From: a virus
Lineage: Duplodnaviria > Heunggongvirae > Uroviricota > Caudoviricetes
Reading direction: 5' to 3' (one strand)
Length of the DNA: 41,402 nucleotides
IMG/VR virus record: IMGVR_UViG_3300036982_001423
In this document: positions 8,853 through 18,590 of the stretch, one piece after another
How the letters are laid out: every line of letters begins with the position of its first letter
How positions within the stretch are numbered: position 1 is the first letter of the stretch
Made by a program: the position numbers and the translations under genes
The notes under the pieces: generated by a model
What the model was told of the DNA's origin: nothing
The model's input: only the letters and a program-made list of their open reading frames with translations
Database searches by the model: none

Positions 8853-8970
8853 TCTTCCAGAACGAAATACGGCATATTTACGCGCAGTTAAACCCAAACG
8901 CAACACACGCAAAACATTACCCCAGCACGACGAAAAAGGAAGGTTCACAAAAAAAGCGGAGAACTCATGA
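8845..8970 (+). CDS. 41-aa basic micro-protein (KPKRNTRK...DEKGRF)
   Basis: Manual translation. GGTGA RBS. KPKRNTRK is also encoded at 343..366. Confidence 0.55.
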   Translation: MNNLPERNTAYLRAVKPKRNTRKTLPQHDEKGRFTKKAENS

Positions 8971-9191
8971 CCGAACGGTTCAATCGCAACAATTTCATCA
9001 CATTAAACGGCAGCCGACTGTTCACCGCCAAAGAAGTTGCAGACTTAATACGTAAGTATGGGGGCGATGCAAAGAAGGAGAGAACGAGGTTGTTGATAAA
9101 ATTGGATCTAAAAATAATCGAACAGATCGATTGTCACGATTGCCGCATGACATTGTTAAAATTTATAAATGAACTGCGAGACGAACCATGA
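8967..9191 (+). CDS. Hypothetical protein
   Basis: ORF track. ATGA overlap. Confidence 0.6.
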   Translation: MTERFNRNNFITLNGSRLFTAKEVADLIRKYGGDAKKERTRLLIKLDLKIIEQIDCHDCRMTLLKFINELRDEP

Positions 9192-9360
9192 CGGATATCA
9201 AAGAGGGAGTAGAATACCTAGAAGTGCGATGGAACGATCCTAAAGATTATAACATCCACTTCAAACGGTTCAGACGTATGGGTGCGTTACTTGAATGGGT
9301 TGAAGAACATCCGTTGAAGGTAGTGGGACTTACTACATACTGCAAAAAAAAGGAAGATAA

Positions 9361-9654
9361 ATGACAGAGATCACTATAGAAAAACCCAGTATTTATACAA
9401 CCTTAATCACATGGGGATTAATAATCAGTTTAACTGCTGGGGGACTATTTGTATTATCTACCTTTCCCATACCCCCTCCAAACACCACAAAAATTCCGTT
9501 AGGTTGTGGCGAAACCGCAATAAATCGTTCAGAATCCTATGTAATCCATAATATGTGCGGATTAGCCCCATGTCCCTTAACATTGTATCACCTAGATTTA
9601 GTGTGTTCAAATGGGACGACATTTTTAAAATGGAGAACTACAAGTTCAGTGTAG
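9361..9654 (+). CDS. Small membrane-anchored Cys-containing protein with sequons
   Basis: TM segment followed by NTT, NRS and NGT and four Cys. Confidence 0.6.
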   Translation: MTEITIEKPSIYTTLITWGLIISLTAGGLFVLSTFPIPPPNTTKIPLGCGETAINRSESYVIHNMCGLAPCPLTLYHLDLVCSNGTTFLKWRTTSSV

Positions 9655-9662
9655 GAGGATAA

Positions 9663-9983
9663 ATGACAATGTTAGAATTTCAGGGTACGTGTATATACAG
9701 CATCCCGGACGAGGGTGGTGCGTTCTGCAACGTAAACTCAAACTATCCGATAGAATGTGCATATACAGACAGGTGGAATGAATGCAAGATCTACAAACCT
9801 GTGAGGCAGGCAATGAGGGATATAAATTATAGGGTTCATTTACCTACACAACCCTGTAATACAACCCTAGAAGATTTAGAAAAAACAAATAACGAACTAT
9901 TAAAATTATATCCAACCGATTTTGCACTACTTCACAACCTCACCCAGATACAACAACTGAAAATAGAGCGTGACGCAAAATGA
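9663..9983 (+). CDS. Cys-containing hypothetical protein
   Basis: GGAGG RBS. ORF track. Confidence 0.6.
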   Translation: MTMLEFQGTCIYSIPDEGGAFCNVNSNYPIECAYTDRWNECKIYKPVRQAMRDINYRVHLPTQPCNTTLEDLEKTNNELLKLYPTDFALLHNLTQIQQLKIERDAK

Positions 9984-10822
9984 TAAACACCTTCACAGAT
10001 TGTAGAAAACGAGGAACGTTATCAAACGTCTGTTTGGAAAGATTTGATTGTAAAACAGGTCATCGACTAAAAACATGGTTAAAAGATTGTTATAAACTAT
10101 GTGAGAAAAAACAATGTCCGAGAGGTTATCAAAAATGATAAAAACATTTGTGGATTGTAAATACAGGTCAACATCCCAGTTTGTTCTGCCGTATGCGTTA
10201 TGTAATTTATCTGGAAGATCATTTTTACTATCCGAGGGGATTTGCGAGATGATATGCACAAACAAACGATGTCCAAAGGGGTTTCAGAGATGAACAAAGA
10301 AGAACGCAAAGCATATTGGGCAAAGGAGATAGCGTTTGATTGCCCACGGACTAATGGTAAGCGACACTCGATAAACTTCTGTTTTGATCATTGTGAGATG
10401 TGGGGTAGAGTATATCACGACGGAGCTGCGTATCTGAAATGCTATGCAGATTGTTGGGGTGAACGGGAACTCCACAACGGAGCAATAACGAGGGATAATT
10501 AAAGCGAGGGTAGTATGAAGTTCGAAAGGAGAATACAAAGAATAATACTAGATTTGGAAGACCTGTATGATGAGTGCAGCACCCTAACGGATCGAGAAAT
10601 CGTAGATGAAGTCATAAACAGATTACGATATTCATCATTAAAAGGTCGTGATTAAATGAACGCAAATACGTTATACCCCCACGAATGGATTATTAATTGG
10701 TTATTGGATAACATTTGGGTAGGTATCATCGTCGTAGGTACGATCACAGCCTTATTTGCAGCATACCCTTATTATACTCACTTACATACAACCTGCTCGT
10801 ATTCCTGTAAAGGGTGTTGTTA

Positions 10823-10969
10823 ATGAAAACCAACAAAGGTGTAAAAGGACGCAATCGCAGGTGTCCGAAATGCAACAGTTCGAGTACAGTTTATCTTTCA
10901 AAACGACGACATATAGTATGTAAAATCTGCAAATGTGTATTAGCTAGTAATCAAGGGGTGTGTAAATAG
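10823..10969 (+). CDS. Zn-ribbon micro-protein (CPKC...CKIC)
   Basis: Manual translation, 48 aa. Confidence 0.55.
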   Translation: MKTNKGVKGRNRRCPKCNSSSTVYLSKRRHIVCKICKCVLASNQGVCK

Positions 10970-11199
10970 TGGTAGGGAAAGGTCAGGTCAGTCATAGTAA
11001 CAAACAGAAACAGTTACGAGCGAACCCGGAATACCGTGCAAAGAAAAACGCAGAGGCAAAGATATACCATGCAGAACACCGGGAAGAACAGAACCGCAAG
11101 AACCTAGAGAGGTATCATCGCAGAATGGCAATAATGCATGATGCAGTCCCACGAAACGACGATGGTTGTCATACGGGTAAACAATATGCGGGTGATTGA
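10969..11199 (+). CDS. Basic helical protein
   Basis: ORF track. Arg/Lys-rich helix. Confidence 0.55.
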   Translation: MVGKGQVSHSNKQKQLRANPEYRAKKNAEAKIYHAEHREEQNRKNLERYHRRMAIMHDAVPRNDDGCHTGKQYAGD

Positions 11200-11366
11200 T
11201 GGCAACTCGTGGCAGAAAACCTAGAAACGAACCATGTCCGTATTGCGGAAGTTATGATGTAAGGTTCCGCAGACGGGCAATGGATCTGAGATGTAGGAGA
11301 TGTAAAAAGATCATAGGTAAACGCAAACAACTCATTCAAGGGGGTTGTAATTATACCAATAGGTAA
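11199..11366 (+). CDS. Basic Zn-ribbon micro-protein (CPYCG...CRRC)
   Basis: Manual translation, 55 aa. GGTGA RBS. Confidence 0.65.
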   Translation: MATRGRKPRNEPCPYCGSYDVRFRRRAMDLRCRRCKKIIGKRKQLIQGGCNYTNR

Positions 11367-11628
11367 AAAGGAAGGCATAGAATGAGGATAACAGGTACGC
11401 AGCAACGCACCGTACTAACCGATTGTAGGGGTGAAATCACAGGATATACGTGTGGCACAGCGATGCAACGCACGATACACCTCAAAGTAGATTGCGAGAT
11501 GGGTATAGAACAGGCGTATATCTTTGCGCAGCAGATACTAGAAAAATGTATATACATTGAGAAAAGTTCGAAAGGATGTAATCGATGTGAACATTCACCG
11601 GGCTGCCCGGAGAAGGAGGAACCGGAAC

Positions 11629-11796
11629 ATGGTTAATCAAACATTATTGGTGATAAGTGTCTTCACATTGGGGTTAATAGTCGGGGTGGGTATACATAAT
11701 TTATACATCAAATATAAGTATGGCGCATTGATCAAATTCAAAAAAGCCAGTGATCAAGAAGCACTACTCAAAAAACATCTGGAGACAAAACAATGA
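11629..11796 (+). CDS. Single-TM micro-protein, paralogue 1
   Basis: C-terminal KASDQEALLKKHLETK. Confidence 0.65.
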   Translation: MVNQTLLVISVFTLGLIVGVGIHNLYIKYKYGALIKFKKASDQEALLKKHLETKQ

Positions 11797-11960
11797 TAAC
11801 AGAACGTCAATTTTACGGGATACTATGTGTAATCTGTTTCTTATTGGGTATTTTATTCCATTGGGTGCACACACAACATATGAAAATATTATCAAAAGAA
11901 CGGGTTGCAAAAGCACTCGATCAAGAATCATCACTAAAACAACATTTGGAGGTAAAATAA
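11793..11960 (+). CDS. Single-TM micro-protein, paralogue 2
   Basis: Manual translation. C-terminal KALDQESSLKQHLEVK. Confidence 0.65.
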   Translation: MITERQFYGILCVICFLLGILFHWVHTQHMKILSKERVAKALDQESSLKQHLEVK

Positions 11961-12202
11961 TGTCATATCGTCCAGTTCAACCATTACCGCCAACCGATCA
12001 TCGGGATGCAGGGCAGATCCATCGAGATACTGAACGTGCATGGAGTGATCGATTAGAAGAAGACCGCAGAGATGGACTACCGTACTATTTCATATGTAAG
12101 TGTATAAAATGCGGAAAATCGCATAATATCGAGGAATTGATCTGTAAGGGCTGTGGTGCGAACTTAAAATTCATACATCCTAAAGGTATAAACCATGAAT
12201 AA
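11960..12202 (+). CDS. Zn-ribbon protein (CIKCG...CKGCG)
   Basis: GGAGGT RBS before ATG 11960, in frame with track ORF 11750..12202. Confidence 0.65.
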   Translation: MSYRPVQPLPPTDHRDAGQIHRDTERAWSDRLEEDRRDGLPYYFICKCIKCGKSHNIEELICKGCGANLKFIHPKGINHE

Positions 12203-12500
12203 CCTGATTTACGTTTCAATAGGTATGATTGGAGGTTTTATCTTAGGTATAATCGCACATTGGGGATATGTGCGATGTAAATACCACGAGGTAATTAATT
12301 ATGCAAAAACCCTAGCTGCAAAGAAAAAAGAACATGATGATTGGAAGTTAAAATGATCTCAATACTACGCTGTCCGAGATGCAAAGAGTTCACGGAAATT
12401 GATTATGACCAGTGGTGTCAGGCAAGATTAACGAGCGAGAAAATTCGATGCAAAAACCAGTTATGCGATAAAAACGAACTAGTTTATCATAAACTGAAAG

Positions 12501-12713
12501 GTGAGTAGGGTGCCGAAAAAACAAAAGAAAACGGAATACGAGATCGAGCAGGAAACCAAACTGAACTTCGAAATTGATGCTTGTGATTGGTGCCACCAAG
12601 ATTATCCGAAAGGTTCAGGAGAACGGTATTATTACCTCGAAGTATTCTCTAAACCGCATAAACTGTGTGGCGATTGTTACGACCATCTACAACTACAAAA
12701 AAAGGGTGACTAA
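12501..12713 (+). CDS. Zn-finger micro-protein (CDWC...CGDC)
   Basis: Two CxxC motifs. Confidence 0.6.
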   Translation: MSRVPKKQKKTEYEIEQETKLNFEIDACDWCHQDYPKGSGERYYYLEVFSKPHKLCGDCYDHLQLQKKGD

Positions 12714-12920
12714 TTGCCAGCCTGTGATTTCTGCTATGACGGGATCAGAAGGTTCTGTAAACTGGAACCGGATAAAGACGAGCTAGTAAAAGCGTTTAGA
12801 TTAGAAAACCTATTTCCATGCAATCATAAGGCATATTGTGATTGGGCAGACTGGTATAATGCGTGGAAAGACAATATGTTAATTTACTATCATAAAAACG
12901 ACGAGGTTGATTATGAATAA
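12714..12920 (+). CDS. Cys-rich micro-protein
   Basis: ORF track. GGTGA RBS. Confidence 0.55.
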   Translation: MPACDFCYDGIRRFCKLEPDKDELVKAFRLENLFPCNHKAYCDWADWYNAWKDNMLIYYHKNDEVDYE

Positions 12921-13104
12921 GGGCAGGCAAGGTACACTGGGGCGGGTAAAAGTCAAATGTACAAATTGCGGGATCACATTCACCTTACCCCCGGCGACAT
13001 ATAATGCAAAAATAAGAAAAAACCCACACGCAAATTTCTTTCACGTAGCAGCATGTTTTTACGACTGGAACCGGAAACAACGAGAGGTTAAAAATGGCGT
13101 ATAA
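12907..13104 (+). CDS. Zn-binding micro-protein (CTNCG...FHxxAC)
   Basis: ORF track. Resembles TRASH-like fingers. Confidence 0.6.
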   Translation: MIMNKGRQGTLGRVKVKCTNCGITFTLPPATYNAKIRKNPHANFFHVAACFYDWNRKQREVKNGV

Positions 13105-13327
13105 TCACGGTAGATACAACACGTTAGAACAAAAACTGATGGTAGAATTAGCGCAGTTAAAGAATGAAGGCAAACTGATATACCCGAACGTATTAGCGAA
13201 GAAATACAAGACGACAGCGAGCCACATAACTGCCAATATCCGCCACCAACCGGGTGTATACTTAATGGAGAAATGCATAGCAGATCGCAGAGGGTATCGC
13301 GGGTCAGTATGGGGGTTCGTGGAGTGA
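13094..13327 (+). CDS. Possible winged-helix DNA-binding protein
   Basis: Basic 77-aa ORF with an HTH-like pattern (PNVLAKKYKTTASHI). Fold is inferred. Confidence 0.45.
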   Translation: MAYNHGRYNTLEQKLMVELAQLKNEGKLIYPNVLAKKYKTTASHITANIRHQPGVYLMEKCIADRRGYRGSVWGFVE

Positions 13328-13651
13328 AATATTGCAAACCGCCACGCAAACACGGTAAAACCGATGGTAAATCTAGGGCGGGTGTCTGTAGGTTAGATGT
13401 ATCTCGCAGACAGACGGCAGTAAAGAAAGGATTAGCCCAACCTACAGAGTATACAGACACGGTAGACGAAGCGATAATCAAAGCAGGATTAAGGCAGAAA
13501 CCACGTATGGCACAGAACGACACCAATACTTAGTACAAACAAAATGTCCGAGAAGTTGGGAGAAATGCACACGAAAGTTCAGATGTCGGTATGGAGAAGA
13601 TTGCTGGATGAATTCAGAGAGTTACAAACAAGAGTTTGAGGAGAGGACAAA

Positions 13652-13951
13652 ATGAGATGTTGTGTAGAATGTAAAAACATTCCGTGTGCACCAAGGTCAA
13701 ATTACCCGTGCATCCAAGAAGAACTAAAAACCACTGTAGAAGAAGTATATGATGGGTGTATGAAAGCGACAGTTACGCATACATTTACAGGGTGTTATTC
13801 GGGATGCCCGTATTGCACGGATAATGGCACGTTAAGCCCGGAATATTGCAAGCACCCGTCATTCGATCCGCCGAAAAAGATTGTTGGATACTCATCGAAA
13901 AGCGAGATCCCGTTAGGCAAACAACACCCGGATTGGTGTCCATGCCAATAA
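13652..13951 (+). CDS. Cys-rich hypothetical protein
   Basis: Many Cys. C-terminal HPDWCP. Confidence 0.6.
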   Translation: MRCCVECKNIPCAPRSNYPCIQEELKTTVEEVYDGCMKATVTHTFTGCYSGCPYCTDNGTLSPEYCKHPSFDPPKKIVGYSSKSEIPLGKQHPDWCPCQ

Positions 13952-14050
13952 CAGCAGATGCAGAGATGCGGTTAGTTGTCGCGTGGATATTATTGATTGG
14001 AGGACTAATAATGATTTATTTTATCGTAACAAGGTTGAAGGAGGACAAAC

Positions 14051-14380
14051 ATGGAACAAAATGAACGCACAGAATTGTATAAATCGGCGTGGAGTCACTG
14101 GGGAGCATCTACGCAATTAGATATACTGATTGAAGAGATGGCAGAACTAACGCAAGCGATCTTAAAGGACAGGAGAAAGGGCGAACTATATTCATACCAG
14201 TTCACAGAAGAACTGGCAGATGTATTGATATGTTTAGAACAGATCGAGATGCAACTCAAGGGTAACATTATCGAACCCCCGCATGTCCATACGGGTTGGG
14301 ATCAGGTCTTACAGTTTAAGACGGGGAAACTGTTCAGGTTAAAAGAACGGTTACAGAAAAGCATGGAGAGCAATAAGTGA
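14051..14380 (+). CDS. MazG-like nucleotide pyrophosphohydrolase
   Basis: Q..ILIEEMAELTQAI...EELADVLIC carries the all-alpha NTP-PPase EExxE...EExxD motif. Confidence 0.85.
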   Translation: MEQNERTELYKSAWSHWGASTQLDILIEEMAELTQAILKDRRKGELYSYQFTEELADVLICLEQIEMQLKGNIIEPPHVHTGWDQVLQFKTGKLFRLKERLQKSMESNK

Positions 14381-14718
14381 CACTGACTGACCACCTGATC
14401 CCAATGTACGTCCGGTTCGGCTATGGTTTCGGGATAATATCTATTTTCCTAGGGCTAATCAGTTTCGGCATGAACGTCGTAACAATGATTACAGTCAAGG
14501 GTTTCTACACTCCGGCATGGTTAATTCCGATAGTCGGAGTAGGGATTGTAGTTTTGTGTATATGCATTGGATATGTGTTAGAGAAAAAGAATGTATTAAG
14601 TCGTATCTCTACACACTCTAGCACGAAGATCAATACGGAGTTCAGGGATATGTGTCAGGACGTAAAAGACATCAAACAGATGATGAAGGAGGAATACTCA
14701 AATGACGAGAAGCATTGA
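14377..14718 (+). CDS. Two-TM membrane protein with C-terminal helix
   Basis: Two hydrophobic segments. Confidence 0.65.
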   Translation: MTLTDHLIPMYVRFGYGFGIISIFLGLISFGMNVVTMITVKGFYTPAWLIPIVGVGIVVLCICIGYVLEKKNVLSRISTHSSTKINTEFRDMCQDVKDIKQMMKEEYSNDEKH

Positions 14719-14965
14719 AACGTGTCGTAAAATGTCAGCAGCAAGGTTAGGCAAACCGCTATGCCAATCAGCGAAGGATAAGTTAAAGGGCAGGAAAGAC
14801 AGTCGGGGTTTCCCGCCAATGTGTATAAAATGCGTGAACAGGGATGTGAACACCTGTGCGAAATTCAACATGTCGTGTTTCAAAGCTAGAGAATGTGAAT
14901 GTTTTAAGAGACAGATGAAACGAAGAGAACATCCGGATTATCACAAAGTAGGAGGTAGAAAGTAA
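14702..14965 (+). CDS. Basic Cys-rich protein
   Basis: ORF track. CxxC and CxxF motifs. Confidence 0.55.
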   Translation: MTRSIETCRKMSAARLGKPLCQSAKDKLKGRKDSRGFPPMCIKCVNRDVNTCAKFNMSCFKARECECFKRQMKRREHPDYHKVGGRK

Positions 14966-16011
14966 TGACAGTAAAAATTCAACCCTTAGATAACGACGGT
15001 TTTGTTATTGAAGCAAGCGACTTAAAACCGGGACAACACATCGTTGTAAGTAAAGAAGAACTAACAGAAATTGCAGATACAGTCGCAAAGGCATATGGAA
15101 CACGTAACCAGAAATCCGAACGCAAGATGGTATTAAGCAGGTTAAGTTTTCTGGAAGCATGGAAGAAACGTTCGATTTCAAACATTCAACGGACACACGC
15201 AGAATTAAAAAACCGTATTGACCAATTGGAAACCGTGATAAAAACAACACCCGCATGGCTCAACCAAGATGAACAGGTAATATACCTCAAGAAAGAGATT
15301 GAAGGGTTAAGGCAAGCAGTATCAGGAGAGCTCGACATGCTGCTAACTATATTCAATCATCAACGTGCACAGTTACACGATCTAGAAAAGAGGATAATGT
15401 CAGACGGCAGAAAAATCTCATTAGAAAGTCGCATGACAAGTTTAGAGAGTGCAGTTAAATCATCACCGAGCAGACTGACACAGGATGCAAAGATAACGCA
15501 TTTAGAAAACCACATTGAAGATTTAAACCAGTATATTGCCGGAGAACTAGACGTTATCACGAAACACATTGCGAAAACAGATGTTAGGGTATGCGAAATG
15601 GAACGGTTAGATGGGTTACATCAGATGTTCTCAAAGAACCAACTTGAACGGATTGATGCTGTTGAAAAGAAAACAGATGACGTAAATAAACAGTTCCAGA
15701 TATCCCTGAACATGTATAATTCAATAAGAGATAACCAGAACGGTCTGGCAGCAGAGCAGGACAAACAACAGGCTGAAATTAAAGACCAGAGGGACGATTA
15801 TCACGCTCACTTTAGGCAACTGGTGGAAGAAAATAAAAATGCCCATGCCCCCCTATGGAAACGAATAGAGAATGTTGAAGAAAAGCAAGTCTCTCCAAAG
15901 ATTAAAAACGAAGAATTTCCCCCCGGTTCATTAGCAGAAGCATTAAGAAATCGCGATATCAAAAAGAAAGACAATCTAACAAAGCGAGACGCAAAAGGGC
16001 GGTTTAAGTGA
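14965..16011 (+). CDS. Long coiled-coil protein with internal duplication
   Basis: Heptad pattern. Two related segments of about 45 aa, each ending GELD. Confidence 0.85.
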   Translation: MTVKIQPLDNDGFVIEASDLKPGQHIVVSKEELTEIADTVAKAYGTRNQKSERKMVLSRLSFLEAWKKRSISNIQRTHAELKNRIDQLETVIKTTPAWLNQDEQVIYLKKEIEGLRQAVSGELDMLLTIFNHQRAQLHDLEKRIMSDGRKISLESRMTSLESAVKSSPSRLTQDAKITHLENHIEDLNQYIAGELDVITKHIAKTDVRVCEMERLDGLHQMFSKNQLERIDAVEKKTDDVNKQFQISLNMYNSIRDNQNGLAAEQDKQQAEIKDQRDDYHAHFRQLVEENKNAHAPLWKRIENVEEKQVSPKIKNEEFPPGSLAEALRNRDIKKKDNLTKRDAKGRFK

Positions 16012-16271
16012 ATAACGACGAGGAGATCAGCCGTGCGATTTTAATGGCACACGGCAAGGTCAATACGTTTATCAGAGTAAACCGGGTAAAAGACGAGATT
16101 GTAGATAACCCGGATAAATTCCCTATTTTAGCGAAAGAAACGGTAAAAACAATTAAGGGCAGAATATCTCGGTATTGTAACTGCCAGAACTGGAAACAAG
16201 CCACTACGAAACACACTTGTATGGTATTCCAGAGACCGGAACAGAAACCCGAACGGAGACCGAAGAAATGA
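16008..16271 (+). CDS. Hypothetical basic protein
   Basis: ORF track. GTGA overlap. Confidence 0.6.
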   Translation: MNNDEEISRAILMAHGKVNTFIRVNRVKDEIVDNPDKFPILAKETVKTIKGRISRYCNCQNWKQATTKHTCMVFQRPEQKPERRPKK

Positions 16272-16603
16272 ATGTATATACACAAACTTTGAATGGTGAG
16301 ACAATCCCAGACTTACAGCAACGCCCGCATGTAGAAGAAACCGTTGAACAGAAACACGCATACACTCATTCAGTAACGGAAGGACAGACTACTTTGGAAG
16401 TGTATTTCCAATAATCGCACAGAAACCGTATAAAACAGCGAAAGGATGATAAAGAATGGCGTTACATATATTTGTAGATAAAGACCAAGAGTTAATTGTG
16501 CATATCATCCGTGGTGATGATGCAGAAGCAGCTAGATTTCTGAAACATCCGCAAGAACACCGGATAACTCACATCCAAGTAAAGAAAGGGAATATTGCAG
16601 TAG

Positions 16604-16921
16604 GTGACTGAAATCGAACCGAAAGTATACAATGTAGATGTAACCCTACCAGCCCACATTAAGATCGGGGGTACGAAACACATAATCACTCGCACTCCGA
16701 TGGCAGATCAGGGCAACATTTTATTTTTAAGAGGTAAAATCCTGATCAATGATGAACTATGTCAGGAAAAAGCCGAAGAAGCGGTATGTCATGAAATTGT
16801 AGAAGGATGGAATGATTTGTATAATCTGAAATTAAAACACCGTAAAATCCAGATTATCGGGAATGCATTACACCAGTTACTTAAAGACAATGATTTGAGT
16901 AGTATGAGTGGTGCGGAATGA
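16604..16921 (+). CDS. Phage-type zincin-like protein (degenerate HExxH: CHEIVE)
   Basis: IKIGGTKH...ILINDEL...EEAVCHEIVEG matches a common phage metallopeptidase-like pattern, but the second His is replaced by Glu. Confidence 0.55.
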   Translation: MTEIEPKVYNVDVTLPAHIKIGGTKHIITRTPMADQGNILFLRGKILINDELCQEKAEEAVCHEIVEGWNDLYNLKLKHRKIQIIGNALHQLLKDNDLSSMSGAE

Positions 16922-17090
16922 CAGTTCACCCCCAAAATATCCCGTATAGCGACTGGTTAGGCTTAAAGAAACACATATACCAATTATTCACAACAGGCTA
17001 CCCGGCAGATGAAACGTATAAGAAAAACCTCATGGAATACATGCGAGAGATCGAGAAACAACAAGTTGAGATAGAAAAAGGAGTTGAACT

Positions 17091-17372
17091 ATGACATCAA
17101 AATCATTAATCCCGGAACTAGTGATAGGAATCATTTTACTTATCATAGGGGTATGGACAGTCCCCCTATTAGTCCCGAATGTATTAGCAATGACTTCTGA
17201 ACCTTATAGGGCGACTGTAGATGTCAATAGTATGGCATATTTCAATCTGTTATTTTCAGGATTATCGTGTGTCTTATTGGGGATGATATACTTCATACTG
17301 GGTTTGTATTTAATTGGTTTAGTTGTAGATGCTTTATTCACACGAAACCAAAAAGAAAAAGGAGTTGATTAA
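17091..17372 (+). CDS. Membrane protein
   Basis: Two or three hydrophobic segments. Confidence 0.65.
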   Translation: MTSKSLIPELVIGIILLIIGVWTVPLLVPNVLAMTSEPYRATVDVNSMAYFNLLFSGLSCVLLGMIYFILGLYLIGLVVDALFTRNQKEKGVD

Positions 17373-17679
17373 TACGTGCGATATAGTTAATTCTCCATGT
17401 AAAATTTGCGGGAAAGATTTACCACTACATTTAGGCGACTACAATACGGCACCGGAAGAAGTCGAATGTTATTGTAGTGAACACATCCCGAAAAAAGACG
17501 TAAGTGTATTTACGTTACTGGAAGATGATGTCTATGAAGATTTACCATACGTTCCACGTCATGTCATATACAAACAAGGCTGGAAAATGGGTATCCGTTA
17601 TCTGACCGAGAATGCAATTGAGAATAAAGAGATTAATTTCCCAAACGTCGCTTGCGACTGGTCTGTAGAAGAGCGTTGA
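17329..17679 (+). CDS. Cys-containing hypothetical protein
   Basis: ORF track. CKICG and CYC motifs. True start probably a few codons downstream. Confidence 0.6.
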   Translation: MLYSHETKKKKELINTCDIVNSPCKICGKDLPLHLGDYNTAPEEVECYCSEHIPKKDVSVFTLLEDDVYEDLPYVPRHVIYKQGWKMGIRYLTENAIENKEINFPNVACDWSVEER

Positions 17680-17796
17680 GGTGTTAAAAATATGCAATTA
17701 GAGTTAGGACAAGGCGAAGCGTTCTTTTTGGGCGTTACAGTAGGGTTATTGTTGATGTTCGGAATATTCACGTTATTCCCCCCGGTGGTGTGAACA

Positions 17797-17991
17797 ATGG
17801 CAGGTGGATTTCAAGATGCAAATGGCAACCCGAAACGCAGGGTATCGTTTATTATGGTAGACGAAGGCACGTATGATAATCTAGTATACGTCAAAGATAA
17901 TCTAATAAAACAATTCAAACAAGACCCGGAAGATATCGGAGAAGTTATCAATGCATTAGTAAAGTTCTGGTTTGAAGGGAAGCGTGACTGA
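17797..17991 (+). CDS. Probable ribbon-helix-helix DNA-binding protein
   Basis: FIMVDEGTYDNL...DIGEVINAL follows the archaeal RHH pattern (strand, helix, D/E-VI helix). Confidence 0.5.
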   Translation: MAGGFQDANGNPKRRVSFIMVDEGTYDNLVYVKDNLIKQFKQDPEDIGEVINALVKFWFEGKRD

Positions 17992-17993
17992 TC

Positions 17994-18224
17994 ATGTTAT
18001 CTTACGATGATAAATGCAAGTATATTGCGGGGTCAATGGTATTAGAAGGCGCAATTGCGTGTGTATTTTTATACTTACTATCCGAGCCGGGACTATTAAG
18101 TGCGCAGTTTGCGAACTTATTCTGGGGGATATTAGTCTTAATCGGGTTTTTACTGATATTAGAGACAGTAGAGTTATATTCAATCTCGCCAAAACAGCAG
18201 ACCGAATTTAATCCTCCGGTGTAA
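17994..18224 (+). CDS. Small two-TM membrane protein
   Basis: Hydrophobic segments. Confidence 0.55.
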   Translation: MLSYDDKCKYIAGSMVLEGAIACVFLYLLSEPGLLSAQFANLFWGILVLIGFLLILETVELYSISPKQQTEFNPPV

Positions 18225-18229
18225 CTGCT

Positions 18230-18418
18230 ATGGACGACACTGCATATACAGCATGGTTGATTATCTTAACGCTGATAGTACCGGGAACGATAGGTTTTTC
18301 AGTAGGCGGGTTCAGTGCAGGCTTATCAGGAATATTCGTATCGCTGATCTGTTTACCAGTAATCCTATTCTTTATTTGTATTGGGCTGTTCAGGAGACAC
18401 GAGGATATCTATGGGTGA
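18230..18418 (+). CDS. Small two-TM membrane protein
   Basis: Hydrophobic segments with a Gly-rich turn. Confidence 0.55.
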   Translation: MDDTAYTAWLIILTLIVPGTIGFSVGGFSAGLSGIFVSLICLPVILFFICIGLFRRHEDIYG

Positions 18419-18590
18419 AATAATCTTATATTCTACATACACATCAATCGAACTGTTATATCTGTGTGTAAAAATGTTCATAATAGTTGCAATATTAGCA
18501 GGATTTAAAATGTGGTGGGATATGCGAAGTACCCCTGTAGAGGAACCATGACTACAGAAGTTCGCATGTATATACAGAAACAGGAGTTGC

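Noticed and set aside
14965-16011. SMC/Rad50 or tape-measure protein
   Set aside because: No Walker motifs or hinge. Too short, and no tail-gene context.
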